This document shows, piece after piece, positions 48,208 through 58,618 of a stretch of 64,000 bases of DNA. Numbering within the stretch: position 1 is the stretch's first letter; each line of letters begins with the position of its first letter. The DNA is taken from NCBI GenBank assembly GCA_003518055.1, contig DOZJ01000004.1, positions 6,073 to 70,072 on the forward strand, given 5' to 3'. The notes beneath the pieces are model-generated. The model had not been told where the DNA came from, did not search any database, and worked only from the letters and a program-made list of their open reading frames with translations. The position numbers and the translations under genes are program-made. Source of the stretch: Candidatus Falkowbacteria bacterium. Its GTDB lineage: Bacteria > Patescibacteriota > Patescibacteriia > UBA11705.

Positions 48208-48472
48208 TTATTTATTGCTTCTCAATATACTCTTATCTGCTAAAACCGAGCCTATCGTCACTAGGATCAAACTCAAAGCAATTAATCCATAATTAAATCC
48301 TCTCTCGCCATTAATTACATACGCATAACCCATGGCAAAAAATGGCATAAAATATTCCAAAAAAACTAAACGTCGGAATGTTTTCGATTATTAATAAGAA
48401 AATGCTCGGACCAGATGCTGAAATCATTACTGCCACCAACTTCAACAAATATGCTTTTGTTGTTTGACTCAT
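48208..48472 (-). pseudogene. Frameshifted, internally deleted EamA/DMT transporter remnant
   Basis: Frame A MSQTTKAYLLKLVAVMISASGPSIF...; frame B MPFFAMGYAYVINGERGFNYGLIALSLILVTIGSVL...*; these resemble the first and last helices of EamA. Confidence 0.55.
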
Positions 48473-48517
48473 TTTCGTACTTCAACGCTTGTTGCTTGGG
48501 TTAATTTTTCAATGAAC

Positions 48518-48792
48518 AAAAAAACTCCTCATCATTTTCCACCTATGTTGCCATACGCGAGAAAGGATGAAGAGTCTAAAAATAGACAATCCACGGTGCC
48601 ACCTTTCTGCCGCAAGTTAATGTAACTTACGACGCTTTAGCTGCTTTGTCAATACAACACAGCCTATCCCATGGTTACGGGGGACTCCGGCTTTTCACCT
48701 GTTTAAATGCCTTAAACTAGCAAAAAGCACCTTCCTCCTATTTTGTAAAGTGGGAGGGAATCGAGCCCAACTGCTCGACCCAAAGGTTTTGT
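48518..48792 (-). ncRNA. T-box riboswitch leader (probably Trp)
   Basis: AAAGG-TGGCACC-GTGGA...TTCAT-CCTTT antiterminator, stem III hairpin, CCCGTAAC stem IIA/B, alternative terminator with U run. Confidence 0.82.
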
Positions 48793-48814
48793 AATTTTCA
48801 AGTTCGTACTTAAT

Positions 48815-48879
48815 ATGTTATCAAATATACTTATTCTGTCAAATTCTTTATTGACATTATCCTATTTTTGGCATAAATT
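48815..48879. promoter_or_regulatory. Back-to-back divergent sigma70 promoters
   Basis: Minus: TTGACA (48842-48837)-16-TAACAT; plus: TTGACA (48851-48856)-17-TAAATT. Confidence 0.7.
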
Positions 48880-48933
48880 AACCTGAACGGTTCTTTAACA
48901 ACCAACCCCGAAAATCGGGGACAGGAGTCTATC

Positions 48934-49938
48934 ATGGGACAAGTGGTGGTCTCAGGTATTAGAGCTACAGGCAAAATGCATATCGGCAATTACCTTGGAG
49001 CCATGCGTTACTTCGCCACTCTGAGTCATAATTCGGAAATGGAATGTTTTTTCTTCATTGCCAACCTACACACGCTGACAACAAGGCAGGATCCGGAAGC
49101 CATCAAACATGATTTGCGGGAAATTGTCCTTGATTTTCTCGCTGCGGGTGTCAATCCGGACAGCGCGATTATTTATGCTCAATCAAGTATTCCTGAAACA
49201 TCGGAACTGTCTTGGCTCCTCACTTGTCTTTGCACGGTAAACGAACTCCAAGGTCTGCCGCATTTTAAAGAAAAAAAAGAAACCATTCAATCTCATGGAG
49301 AAATCGTTAACGCCGGTCTCCTGATTTATCCGGCTCTCATGGCCGCGGATATTCTCGGCGTCCGAGCTGAACTGGTGCCTGTCGGACAGGATCAGCGTCC
49401 TCACGTGGAATTAACGCGTGATTTGGCGCGCCGCTTCAATTCGCTCTATAGTCAAGTCTTCCCGATTCCCCAGACCCTCGAGGGTGAAGGCATCCGCGTA
49501 CCATCTTTGACCGGCGAAGGGAAAATGGGGAAAAGCGATACCACCGGCCTGATTTTTCTTGATGATTCCGCCGCTTCCGTGACTGCCAAATTAAAAGTCG
49601 CCAAAACTGATCCGGCTCGGGAACGCCGCTCTGATCCCGGAAATCCGGACCACTGCAACATTTTTACCATGCATCATATCGTCAGCACTCCTCAGGAAAT
49701 TGCTTGGGCTTCAACCGGCTGCCAGTCCGCCGGCATTGGTTGTGTCGAGTGCAAAATGGTGGTCGCCAAACACCTCAATGACATGCTTGGCCCGATTCAA
49801 GAGCGCCGTCAAGAATACGCCGCCAAAGGCCCCACCTACATTGATGAAATTCTGCATGCCGGCGGCCTGACCGCTCGCGTTCGGGTCAAAGAAACCGTTG
49901 ACCTCGTCAAAGATCTCATGGGCGTCCCCAGCTACTAA
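48934..49938 (+). CDS. trpS: Tryptophan-tRNA ligase
   Basis: SGIRATG, HIGN, YPALMAADIL, VPVGQDQ, KMGKS; C...C..GC..C cluster of Fe-S-type TrpRS. Confidence 0.96.
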   Translation: MGQVVVSGIRATGKMHIGNYLGAMRYFATLSHNSEMECFFFIANLHTLTTRQDPEAIKHDLREIVLDFLAAGVNPDSAIIYAQSSIPETSELSWLLTCLCTVNELQGLPHFKEKKETIQSHGEIVNAGLLIYPALMAADILGVRAELVPVGQDQRPHVELTRDLARRFNSLYSQVFPIPQTLEGEGIRVPSLTGEGKMGKSDTTGLIFLDDSAASVTAKLKVAKTDPARERRSDPGNPDHCNIFTMHHIVSTPQEIAWASTGCQSAGIGCVECKMVVAKHLNDMLGPIQERRQEYAAKGPTYIDEILHAGGLTARVRVKETVDLVKDLMGVPSY

Positions 49939-49951
49939 AAGGAGAAACTCC

Positions 49952-51466
49952 ATGGGCCGTCGAAAAACAATTTCTTATCACTGGCAAATGCCTCGTAAAA
50001 AAAATCACTCCGCTAAACTCGCTAACAAGATCAAAAACATTCCTTCACCGTATACTCCCAAAGATTTCCCTAATAAACTCCCAATGTCATACCCAGCGAC
50101 GCCTCTATCAAAATCAATTCTAGGCCGCTCGCAAGGTCTTTTGGCCAAACACATCAATGCTATTGGTAGCCACACTCACGCTGAATTTGATGAATTTGGA
50201 TTCCCCAAGTTTGCTGAAGGAGAAGGTGGATTTGAGACTATTCAACAAATCGAAGCCGAGGCTATATGGATGCTCTCTTCCGTTTTGGGAGGTACACCCC
50301 AAACGATTGATGGCTTCTTTTGCGGCGGAGGTACGGAGTCAATCCATCAAGGCATGTGGATTGGCCGTGAATGGCTGAATACCAAATCCGACAGTGCCAA
50401 AAAGGGGATCGTGGTTTTCACCACCCCGCTCGGTCACTATTCAATCGCCAAAGGGGTCGAACTAACCGGTATGGGACACCATAGTTGGGGGCAATGTACC
50501 AGATGCAACAAAAATCACATTTTTAATCCCGATACCAATGGCTGCGGACTACACTTGGTCGGTATGAATAATTCTGGTGAAATGTCGCTTAAACAGCTCG
50601 ACAAACGCTTCAAACAAAAATTCGCCGAAGGATTTCGCAAATTCATGATCGTGGCCACTGTCGGCACCAGTCTTCTTGGTTCAATCGATCCCATCAAAGA
50701 AATCGCTGATTACATCAATAAAACCCGCCGTGAAACCGGCGCGAATTTCTATCTTCATATCGACGCCAGCTTTGCCGGGTTTACCGTTCCATTTGTTGCG
50801 CCTGATTTTCAATTTGCTTTTCAGATCCCCGAAGTAATGTCTGCCACTGTCGATGGTCACAAAATGGGACAATTACCCTACCCTGCCGGAATTTTCCTTT
50901 GTCGCAAGGGATTAATGTCTCTAGTCGCTAAAAGCGTCAACTACGTTCGCGGCCATGATGATGACACCATTCCTGGATCACGAAGTTGTTTAGCTCCCAT
51001 CCTCGCTTGGTATATCATGAAAACCGAAGGTTTTGATGGTCAAAAAATGTATGTTTCCAACTGCCTGTCGCTACGAGATGAATTGTATGATAGATTAAAA
51101 CAATTACCTATCCCGACACAAGTTTTCGATCCTAATCCATGGGTCAACCAGCTTGGAGTAGCCATTAACTTTTCGGCTTTAAACGGGGTTCACAATGCAA
51201 ACTGTGGCATTCCCAAAATGATTCTTGAACCTCGACCCAATACCACACCGGAAACTGATAAATATTATCACGTAAAAGGCAAACTTGCGGCCTATCACCT
51301 CCGAGCTGATAATTTTCCCATCGATCCATCAGACACCATGAGCTGCCCGCAAACAGTTTACAAACTCTGCATCATGCCCCACCACACCCTAGCCAGTTTT
51401 GATCACTTCATTACAGATCTGGTTGAAGTTTACAACCTGTGGGAAGAAATCATTTCACGTTCATAG
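49952..51466 (+). CDS. Group II PLP-dependent decarboxylase (MfnA/tyrosine-glutamate decarboxylase-like)
   Basis: GGTES, HYSIAK, TVGT..GSID, HIDASFAG, DGHKMG, GSR; SD AAGGAG before ATG 49952. Confidence 0.85.
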   Translation: MGRRKTISYHWQMPRKKNHSAKLANKIKNIPSPYTPKDFPNKLPMSYPATPLSKSILGRSQGLLAKHINAIGSHTHAEFDEFGFPKFAEGEGGFETIQQIEAEAIWMLSSVLGGTPQTIDGFFCGGGTESIHQGMWIGREWLNTKSDSAKKGIVVFTTPLGHYSIAKGVELTGMGHHSWGQCTRCNKNHIFNPDTNGCGLHLVGMNNSGEMSLKQLDKRFKQKFAEGFRKFMIVATVGTSLLGSIDPIKEIADYINKTRRETGANFYLHIDASFAGFTVPFVAPDFQFAFQIPEVMSATVDGHKMGQLPYPAGIFLCRKGLMSLVAKSVNYVRGHDDDTIPGSRSCLAPILAWYIMKTEGFDGQKMYVSNCLSLRDELYDRLKQLPIPTQVFDPNPWVNQLGVAINFSALNGVHNANCGIPKMILEPRPNTTPETDKYYHVKGKLAAYHLRADNFPIDPSDTMSCPQTVYKLCIMPHHTLASFDHFITDLVEVYNLWEEIISRS

Positions 51467-51471
51467 AACTC

Positions 51472-51500
51472 TTGACAAATTTCCAATCATCCCCTAAGAT
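51472..51500 (+). promoter_or_regulatory. sigma70 promoter of tRNA-Trp
   Basis: TTGACA-17 nt-TAAGAT. Confidence 0.7.
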
Positions 51501-51519
51501 AGAAATGTTCCTTTCCTGC

Positions 51520-51592
51520 GGGCGCATAGCTCTAATGGTAGAGCGTCGGTCTCCAAAACCGGTGGTTGGGGGTTCGAGTCCCTCTGCGCTCG
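51520..51592 (+). tRNA. tRNA-Trp (CCA), 3' CCA not encoded
   Basis: GGGCGCA/TGCGCTC acceptor, TCGGT-CTCCAAA-ACCGG, discriminator G. Confidence 0.93.
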
Positions 51593-51685
51593 CTCTCTTT
51601 CCTCGCTGACTTATCATAGTCAGCCTTTTTTTATCAAAAAAGACCCCCTCTCGGGATCTTTTTATTTCATTGCTTCGATTTTTCT

Positions 51686-54577
51686 TCAAGCTCTCAGCTC
51701 CTTCGCCAAATAACGTCCGGTTACCGATTTTTTCACTTTTGCCACTTGTTCCGGCGTGCCTTCAGCCACGAGCTCTCCGCCTTCATCGCCACCGCCCGGA
51801 CCAAGATCGATGACCCAATCGGCATTTTTTACCACATCCAAATTATGTTCAATTATAAGCACTGAATTTCCTTTATCCGCCAATCGATGCAAAATTACGA
51901 GCAGTTTATTAATATCATCAAAATGCAATCCGGTTGTCGGTTCATCGAGGATATACAATGTTTTTCCGGTTGAATATCTGGACAGCTCAGTTGCCAATTT
52001 AATTCGTTGAGCCTCACCTCCGGACAAAGTTGTGGCCGGCTGACCCAAAGTCAAATAGCCGAGACCAACCTCCACCAATGTGGTCAATTTTTCATTGATA
52101 ATCGGAGTATCGCGGAAAAACTCCTTGGCTTCAGACACGGTCATGCCCAAAATATCCGCAATATTTTGACCGCGATAATGAATTTCCAGCGTTTCCTTGT
52201 TGTATCGCCGGCCTTTGCACTCCTCGCATTCGACATACACATCGGGTAAAAATTGCATTTCATATTTAACATAACCATCACCGCCGCAGGCCTCGCACCG
52301 TCCTCCTTTGACATTGAAACTAAATCGGCCGGCGTCAAACCCCTTGATTTTAGCTTCAGGAATTTGGGTAAATAAATCTCGGATATAGGTGAATACTCCC
52401 GTATACGTCGCTGGATTGGATCGCGGCGTCCGTCCGATTGGAGTTTGATCGATAGTAATGACCTTATCCAAATTTTCAATTCCAATAATAGTTTTATGTT
52501 CCGCCGGTAAATCCTTTGATCGGTAGAAATGTCGAGACAGCGCCTTGGCCAAAATGTCGTTGATCAGACTGGATTTGCCCGACCCCGACACCCCGGTAAC
52601 ACAAACCAATTCCCCGAGAGGAATATCCACGGTAATATTTCTCAAATTATAAGCCATGGCGTTTTTTATCGTCAGTTTCTTGCCGTTGCCGCGCGGGCCT
52701 TTTTTAATCGCTTCAATTTTTTTCTTTCTAACCAAATATTGACCGGTCAAACTTTTTTCATTTTTCTTGATTTCCGCCGGCGTGCCTTCCGCCACCACCT
52801 CGCCGCCATAAATCCCCGCGCCCGGACCGAGATCAATTACATAATCAGCTGCCTCAATCGTTTCTTTGTCATGCTCAACGACAATAACCGAATTTCCCTT
52901 ATCTCGAAGTTGCTTTAAAGTGTTGATCAACTTTTCATTATCCACCGAATGTAATCCAATCGAGGGTTCATCAAGAACGTAAATCACCTCGGACAAAGCC
53001 GATCCCAATTGGGTCGCCAGTCTAAGCCTCTGCGCTTCTCCGCCCGACAAAGTGACTGAACTTCGACCTAAAGACAGATAGCCTAAACCGACATTTTCCA
53101 AAAATTTGATGCGCCTCACGATTTCTTTTATCAATAATTCCACAATCGTATACTCTGTTTGCTCCAATTCCAGTTTGATAAATTGCAATTTTTCTTTTGT
53201 TTTGGTGACGGCTGAACTTTTTTTAACTGTTTTTACCATCTCCGCCAAAATATCCGCCAAATCCCTGACCGAAATATCCGTATATTTATCAACAGACAGT
53301 CCAGCTACTCGAACCGACAGACTTTCCGGTCGAAGCCGTTTGCCCATACAAGACAAACAGATATGGCTCCGCATATATTTCTCAATTTCTCTTCTGATAT
53401 AATCAGAGTCCGTCTCTTTGTACTTCTGCTCAAGCCCTGGAATCACCCCTTCAAACATCATTTTCCGCGCTCCGAGGTCATGCAACATATCACCTGAACC
53501 GTACAAAATAACATCAAGATTTTTCTTGTTCAATTTATTGACCGGTACATCGAGAGAAAATTTATGCTTTTGCGCCACCTTCTCGAGCAGATGCCACATG
53601 GATTTTTGATTGGAAAATATTTTCGTCCACGGCTTGATTGCTCCCTCCGCCAAACTGAGTTTCGGGTTGCTGATAACCAGCTCCGGATCGATTTCTTGTT
53701 TCATCCCCAAACCGGAACAAACCGGACAGGCACCAAACGGCGAATTGAACGAAAAACTTCGCAGTTCAACTTCCGGCAAATTAATTCCGCACTTATGGCA
53801 GCTAAAATATTGACTGTACAAAATATCTTCATCAATATCAGTTCGATAAACAATAACCAAACCATCACCCAAATCAGCCGCGATTTTTACCGACTCCAGC
53901 ATTTGTTTCTTGACTTCCCTATCGCCATCGAGCAATGCCCGATCCACCACCACTTCAATTGTATGTTTGGCGTTTTTATCAATATCCAAGCCATCTATTT
54001 CTTCAATATTATAAACAATGCCATCCAATCTGATTTGATAAAAATTGGCCTTTCTGATTTCTTCAAACACTTTTTTGTGCGTGCCTTTTTCTTCTCTGAC
54101 CACCGGCGCCAAAATTGTCACATTCACTTTGTGATTGATTTTCCAAATTTTATCAACAATCTCCTCCACCGTTTGTTTTCTGACTTCCGTGCCGCAGATA
54201 TGACAATGTGAACGTCCGATTCTGGCGTACATCAATCGAATCAAATCATAAATTTCCGTAATCGTGCCGACCGTTGACCGAGGGTTTTGCACCACGGACT
54301 TTTGATCAATGGCAATGGCCGGAGACAATCCGTCAATCCGGTCAACGTCCGGTTTTTCTTTTACTTCCAAAAATTGCCGCGCATATGAAGACAAACTTTC
54401 CACGTAGCGGCGCTGGCCTTCAGCATAAATAGTATCAAATGCCAAAGACGACTTGCCGGATCCGGACAAGCCGGTAATCACGACAAATTTGCCGCGCGGA
54501 ATATCCACGTCAATATTCTTCAAATTATTAACTCGAGCGCCTCGAATAGAAATTTTATTTTGATTGCCCATAATCAT
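51686..54577 (-). CDS. uvrA: Excinuclease ABC subunit A
   Basis: Two GxSGSGKSS Walker A motifs, zinc fingers, LSGGEAQR twice. Confidence 0.98.
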   Translation of the reverse strand: MIMGNQNKISIRGARVNNLKNIDVDIPRGKFVVITGLSGSGKSSLAFDTIYAEGQRRYVESLSSYARQFLEVKEKPDVDRIDGLSPAIAIDQKSVVQNPRSTVGTITEIYDLIRLMYARIGRSHCHICGTEVRKQTVEEIVDKIWKINHKVNVTILAPVVREEKGTHKKVFEEIRKANFYQIRLDGIVYNIEEIDGLDIDKNAKHTIEVVVDRALLDGDREVKKQMLESVKIAADLGDGLVIVYRTDIDEDILYSQYFSCHKCGINLPEVELRSFSFNSPFGACPVCSGLGMKQEIDPELVISNPKLSLAEGAIKPWTKIFSNQKSMWHLLEKVAQKHKFSLDVPVNKLNKKNLDVILYGSGDMLHDLGARKMMFEGVIPGLEQKYKETDSDYIRREIEKYMRSHICLSCMGKRLRPESLSVRVAGLSVDKYTDISVRDLADILAEMVKTVKKSSAVTKTKEKLQFIKLELEQTEYTIVELLIKEIVRRIKFLENVGLGYLSLGRSSVTLSGGEAQRLRLATQLGSALSEVIYVLDEPSIGLHSVDNEKLINTLKQLRDKGNSVIVVEHDKETIEAADYVIDLGPGAGIYGGEVVAEGTPAEIKKNEKSLTGQYLVRKKKIEAIKKGPRGNGKKLTIKNAMAYNLRNITVDIPLGELVCVTGVSGSGKSSLINDILAKALSRHFYRSKDLPAEHKTIIGIENLDKVITIDQTPIGRTPRSNPATYTGVFTYIRDLFTQIPEAKIKGFDAGRFSFNVKGGRCEACGGDGYVKYEMQFLPDVYVECEECKGRRYNKETLEIHYRGQNIADILGMTVSEAKEFFRDTPIINEKLTTLVEVGLGYLTLGQPATTLSGGEAQRIKLATELSRYSTGKTLYILDEPTTGLHFDDINKLLVILHRLADKGNSVLIIEHNLDVVKNADWVIDLGPGGGDEGGELVAEGTPEQVAKVKKSVTGRYLAKELRA

Positions 54578-54948
54578 TAGGGTAAAGCGATCAGCGGTTA
54601 GCGTTTAGTCAAATCTCTAAACGCTATACGCTTAACGCTAAACGCTTTTATAAACGAATATACTGTCATTCATTTTACAAATAAAACAAAACTTTGTAAA
54701 GAGGCCGAGAATGAGTATCGGAACAAATGCTATTCTTTGTCCATCGGTTTGTCATAATTTCACCACGTTTCGCTAATTACACCAACATCCATCCTCGTAT
54801 ACGCCATGGCCATCCTGTTGCGATAAGCCCTGAGCCAGTCTGCCGACAGACAGGCTAATCGAAGGGCGACAAAGCAACCTCGTAAGTGCTTCAATTTTCT
54901 CATATCCCTTTTATATAATTTAAAAAAGCTCCTTATTTAAGGAACTTC

Positions 54949-55302
54949 TTACTCAATACGATCCAACATGAACTGAAGCATTACATAAGTTGAACGATTC
55001 TGAAAAAAGTTTTTCTGCAATTCAAGATCCCGACTAATATTTTCCATCATTTCATACGTTTCCACCGTGGGATCAATACCGAATCGGAATGGCAAATTAT
55101 AATTACCCAAGCAAAAGACCACTCCTCGCACCTGAACAAATTGTTTCAACACTCTCCAAACATACAAAACAGCCGAACAACATTCCTGACATTGCTCCGG
55201 AAAAATAAACTCCCGAGATTCAATCCTAGTAATATTATCAATTACCAAGTTAACAGTATCTGTACAATCCACAAATTGCCCAGTTAACAATCTTGCTTTC
55301 AT
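54949..55302 (-). CDS. Hypothetical protein (paralog of 55511-55903)
   Basis: SD AAGGAGG; promoter TTGACA (55361)-17-TAAAGT. Confidence 0.7.
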   Translation of the reverse strand: MKARLLTGQFVDCTDTVNLVIDNITRIESREFIFPEQCQECCSAVLYVWRVLKQFVQVRGVVFCLGNYNLPFRFGIDPTVETYEMMENISRDLELQKNFFQNRSTYVMLQFMLDRIE

Positions 55303-55510
55303 GCTCCCTCCTTCTTCAGGGATTGATATTGAACTTTACCAATTGAAAATTAATATGTCAATAAAATAAACTTCAAACAATTATATTAATCACGCCGAGC
55401 CACTTGTCCCATGCTTTCCCTATTTATATAAGAAACAAATTCATTTTTGGGAGAAAAAAAGCACCTATTACCTAGGTACTTATATCTTATTATTCTGACA
55501 ATTTCAGAGC

Positions 55511-55903
55511 TTACCCCATATCGATCTGTCGACTATTATCCTCAACTGCAAAAACTACCTTCTTAAAACATTTCGGTGGCTCAAGCAGCAACTGGGATCG
55601 TCTTGCCTCATCAGATTCTGCCAATCTTTTCACGAATGCATAAGATCTAATCGTCCAGCCTTCACCAAAAACTGGCTTCTCATGAACCGAATAGATAACC
55701 ACCCCAAGAACATGACAAAATCGGGCCAATTTGCGCCATACAGCCTCAATATCCTTAAACAACTCTTCGGAACAATCATCATGCGGTTGATCCCGATCAA
55801 TCTGATACTGTGCGTATTCGACCCGCTTCACAAACTGAACCACATCATGAAAAGAGACAAACGCTTCTCCCTGCGACTGATCGGTCGGCTTAACCATCAG
55901 CAT
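55511..55903 (-). CDS. Hypothetical protein (paralog of 54949-55302)
   Basis: SD GGAGG; consensus promoter TTGACA (55963)-17-TATAAT. Confidence 0.72.
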   Translation of the reverse strand: MLMVKPTDQSQGEAFVSFHDVVQFVKRVEYAQYQIDRDQPHDDCSEELFKDIEAVWRKLARFCHVLGVVIYSVHEKPVFGEGWTIRSYAFVKRLAESDEARRSQLLLEPPKCFKKVVFAVEDNSRQIDMG

Positions 55904-56202
55904 TTTCAGCCTCCCCCCTTTGTTGTGACTTCACATTATAATACCATTTAATCATTTTGTCAACACTTCGACTGACCAGAACTCCGAGAACTAGACAAAC
56001 GTTAAAAATCACTATTATTATCAAATTGTACAAAAAAATACTGCTGTTACAGTATTTTATTCCCTATCTCTTTCCTATAATAATTTTCAGCTCCCAATTC
56101 TCTTACTCCTCTTAATTCTATCAACTCTGACCTACTCAATCTTTACCCCCATACCAACTATTATGTTTTCGTAATTTCCTTAATATTCGTAAATTCGTAA
56201 CC

Positions 56203-58038
56203 CTACTCCCTCACCATCCCCAATCGCTGCAAATCCACCAAACTGGCATACAAACCATTTCTCTTCATCAAAATCTGGTGATCACCGAATTCCTTGACCC
56301 GGCCGTTATCGAGAACATAAATCAAATCCGCCTTTTGAATCGTTGACAAGCGATGAGCGATAACCACAAGCGTAATATCCAACCGCTCCCGAATACTATT
56401 AATCATGAGCTGAATCGCCCGCTCAGCTTCAGAATCAAGGTTAGACGTCGCTTCATCCAAAATCAAAATTTTGGCTCCATGAAGCAAAGAAATATACGCC
56501 CGCGCGATGCCCACTCTCTGACGTTCCCCACCGGACAGCTTGACCCCGCGTTCTCCAACCGGTGTATCCAATCCATTTGGGAACCGCTCTTTTGATTCAA
56601 GCATCACCTGCAGATGCGCCGCCCGAATCGCTTCGAGCACTTCTTCTTCAGTGGCTTCTCTACATGGATAAACCACATTATCTCGAATCGACGCGTCAAA
56701 GACATCCACGTCCTGCTGCACAATGGCAAACAGCCGCCGATACCAATACAAATCAACCTCTCGAATATCTTGGCCATCAAGCCTAATCCTACCTGAAGTA
56801 ACATCATACATTCTGGCCAATAGTCGAATCAGTGTTGTCTTGCCCTCACCGCTCTTGCCGACAAAAGCGACCATTTTCCCAGCCGGAATTTTCAAACTCA
56901 TTTCATCAACCACCGGATTTTCACCGCCCGGATATACAAACTTCACGGCGTCCAATTCAACATTTCCGGTGTAGTCCTCTGGAATAACTCCGGCTGAATC
57001 ATTGGTAATGTCCGCCTTTTGATTCAACAAATCGTTCATTCTGACCACCGACACCAATCGTCTGATGATATGTGAATAGCTGTTGATCATGTGATAAATG
57101 TTCGAGTTGATCACATTGCCGGTCATAATCATAAAGATGATTGAACCGATCGTGATTCTCCCCTGATACACAAACCACAACCCGGCAAAAATCGTCAGGT
57201 AAAAAATCAACGAAAGCGCATTGGAAAATTTCCAAAAAAATCCTTCTATCTTGCGATTCATTCCAATATCAAGCACCGTCATGTTTTCACGTACCCGCGT
57301 CAACTGCTCTTCTTCCCGTTTTTCCTGAACAAAACTCTGCACCGTCCGCACATTAATAATTGACTGACATAAAATCCCGCCGGATTCCTCGCGCAGCTTC
57401 TCCCATTTTTCCCAATCGACCACAAAACTATCCCACTTCCTGACCCCGATACAGAAAATCGTCAAATACGGAATGAAAAAAATCAATCCGAGCAGCCAAT
57501 CGATGGCAAAAACGAAAATCATATTCACAATGAGATAAAATGTCTGAGGCGCCAAATCCCAAAATAACTTCGCCACCGCATCCACCATCTTATCGCAGCC
57601 CTTATCAATCTTGCTGATCTTCTTGCCGGTATTTTCTTTTTCATGATAACCGATCGTCAGCTCCAGTAATTTTTTTTGCGCCTGCACCGGCCAAAAATTT
57701 TCCAACTTGATCAGATTACGAGAAAATTTTATCTGCACCACGAAATGCCACAGCGACAAATTCACGACCACCAGCAGCATCATTCCACCCACAATCCACA
57801 AAATGGTTTCAATTGTTTGTTCCCCGGCAATCACGTCCGGCAACCGATCGAAAATCAGTTTCCACAAATATGGGAAGGTAACATTGATACTCTGATTTAC
57901 CAGCAGCAAACCAGTTGCAACCAAAATTCCGTATCGATACTGCCCCATAAGTCGCCACAGCACCTTGAGCGCGGAAAAAAAGAAATTAGCGCTGCGATCT
58001 TTATCCGCGATCTTGTCATCCCAATCGATTTCCGCCAT
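56203..58038 (-). CDS. ABC exporter, fused permease/ATPase (MsbA/MdlB type)
   Basis: 6 TM; GKSGEGKTT, LSGGERQR, LDEATS, IAHRLSTI; SD GGAGG before ATG 58038 (ORF to 58092). Confidence 0.93.
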   Translation of the reverse strand: MAEIDWDDKIADKDRSANFFFSALKVLWRLMGQYRYGILVATGLLLVNQSINVTFPYLWKLIFDRLPDVIAGEQTIETILWIVGGMMLLVVVNLSLWHFVVQIKFSRNLIKLENFWPVQAQKKLLELTIGYHEKENTGKKISKIDKGCDKMVDAVAKLFWDLAPQTFYLIVNMIFVFAIDWLLGLIFFIPYLTIFCIGVRKWDSFVVDWEKWEKLREESGGILCQSIINVRTVQSFVQEKREEEQLTRVRENMTVLDIGMNRKIEGFFWKFSNALSLIFYLTIFAGLWFVYQGRITIGSIIFMIMTGNVINSNIYHMINSYSHIIRRLVSVVRMNDLLNQKADITNDSAGVIPEDYTGNVELDAVKFVYPGGENPVVDEMSLKIPAGKMVAFVGKSGEGKTTLIRLLARMYDVTSGRIRLDGQDIREVDLYWYRRLFAIVQQDVDVFDASIRDNVVYPCREATEEEVLEAIRAAHLQVMLESKERFPNGLDTPVGERGVKLSGGERQRVGIARAYISLLHGAKILILDEATSNLDSEAERAIQLMINSIRERLDITLVVIAHRLSTIQKADLIYVLDNGRVKEFGDHQILMKRNGLYASLVDLQRLGMVRE

Positions 58039-58618
58039 TTGCGCCTCCACTCCGGGTCTGGTGTATCGGTTTATATTGTCAAAAAACGACAAATCCCACT
58101 CAACTGAGTAGGATTTATATTCATCTTTAAGTAAAAATCATTTTTACTTTATAGCAATGACAAATATAAATCCCACTCATAAACTACTTTCGGTGATTGT
58201 TTAAAATTCAAAATCACCCCGCGCAGTTTATAGGCAATCGCGCGCAAAATACTCATTTGCTTAATTTTCATTTTTTGATTCATCATAATGATAACGTCAA
58301 TGAATTTCATATAACTAAGGATATCCAAGCCTGACTGTCTTTCCAAGCTTAACCAGAAATCAAAACACTCAACCGTTAGAATCCCTTTATTCATCTTCAA
58401 AGGAGACCAAACCTGACTGTCTTTCCGGGCCTGCCTGCCGGCAGGCAGGCTTGACCCGGAATCTAAGCCCTCGGCCGCCACCATTCCTCATCAAAACCGG
58501 ATATAACACTTTACAATTTTATTTATTTATTGTCAATAGGTAATTTTTAACTTATTTTAGCCACTTATATAAATTTAAATAAAAAAATTGAGTCGTTAAC
58601 TCAAAATTTGTATCCATA

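Noticed and set aside
58149-58484. 111-aa ORF
   Set aside because: The start region is repeat-derived (SLPAGRQA), with no SD or known motif.
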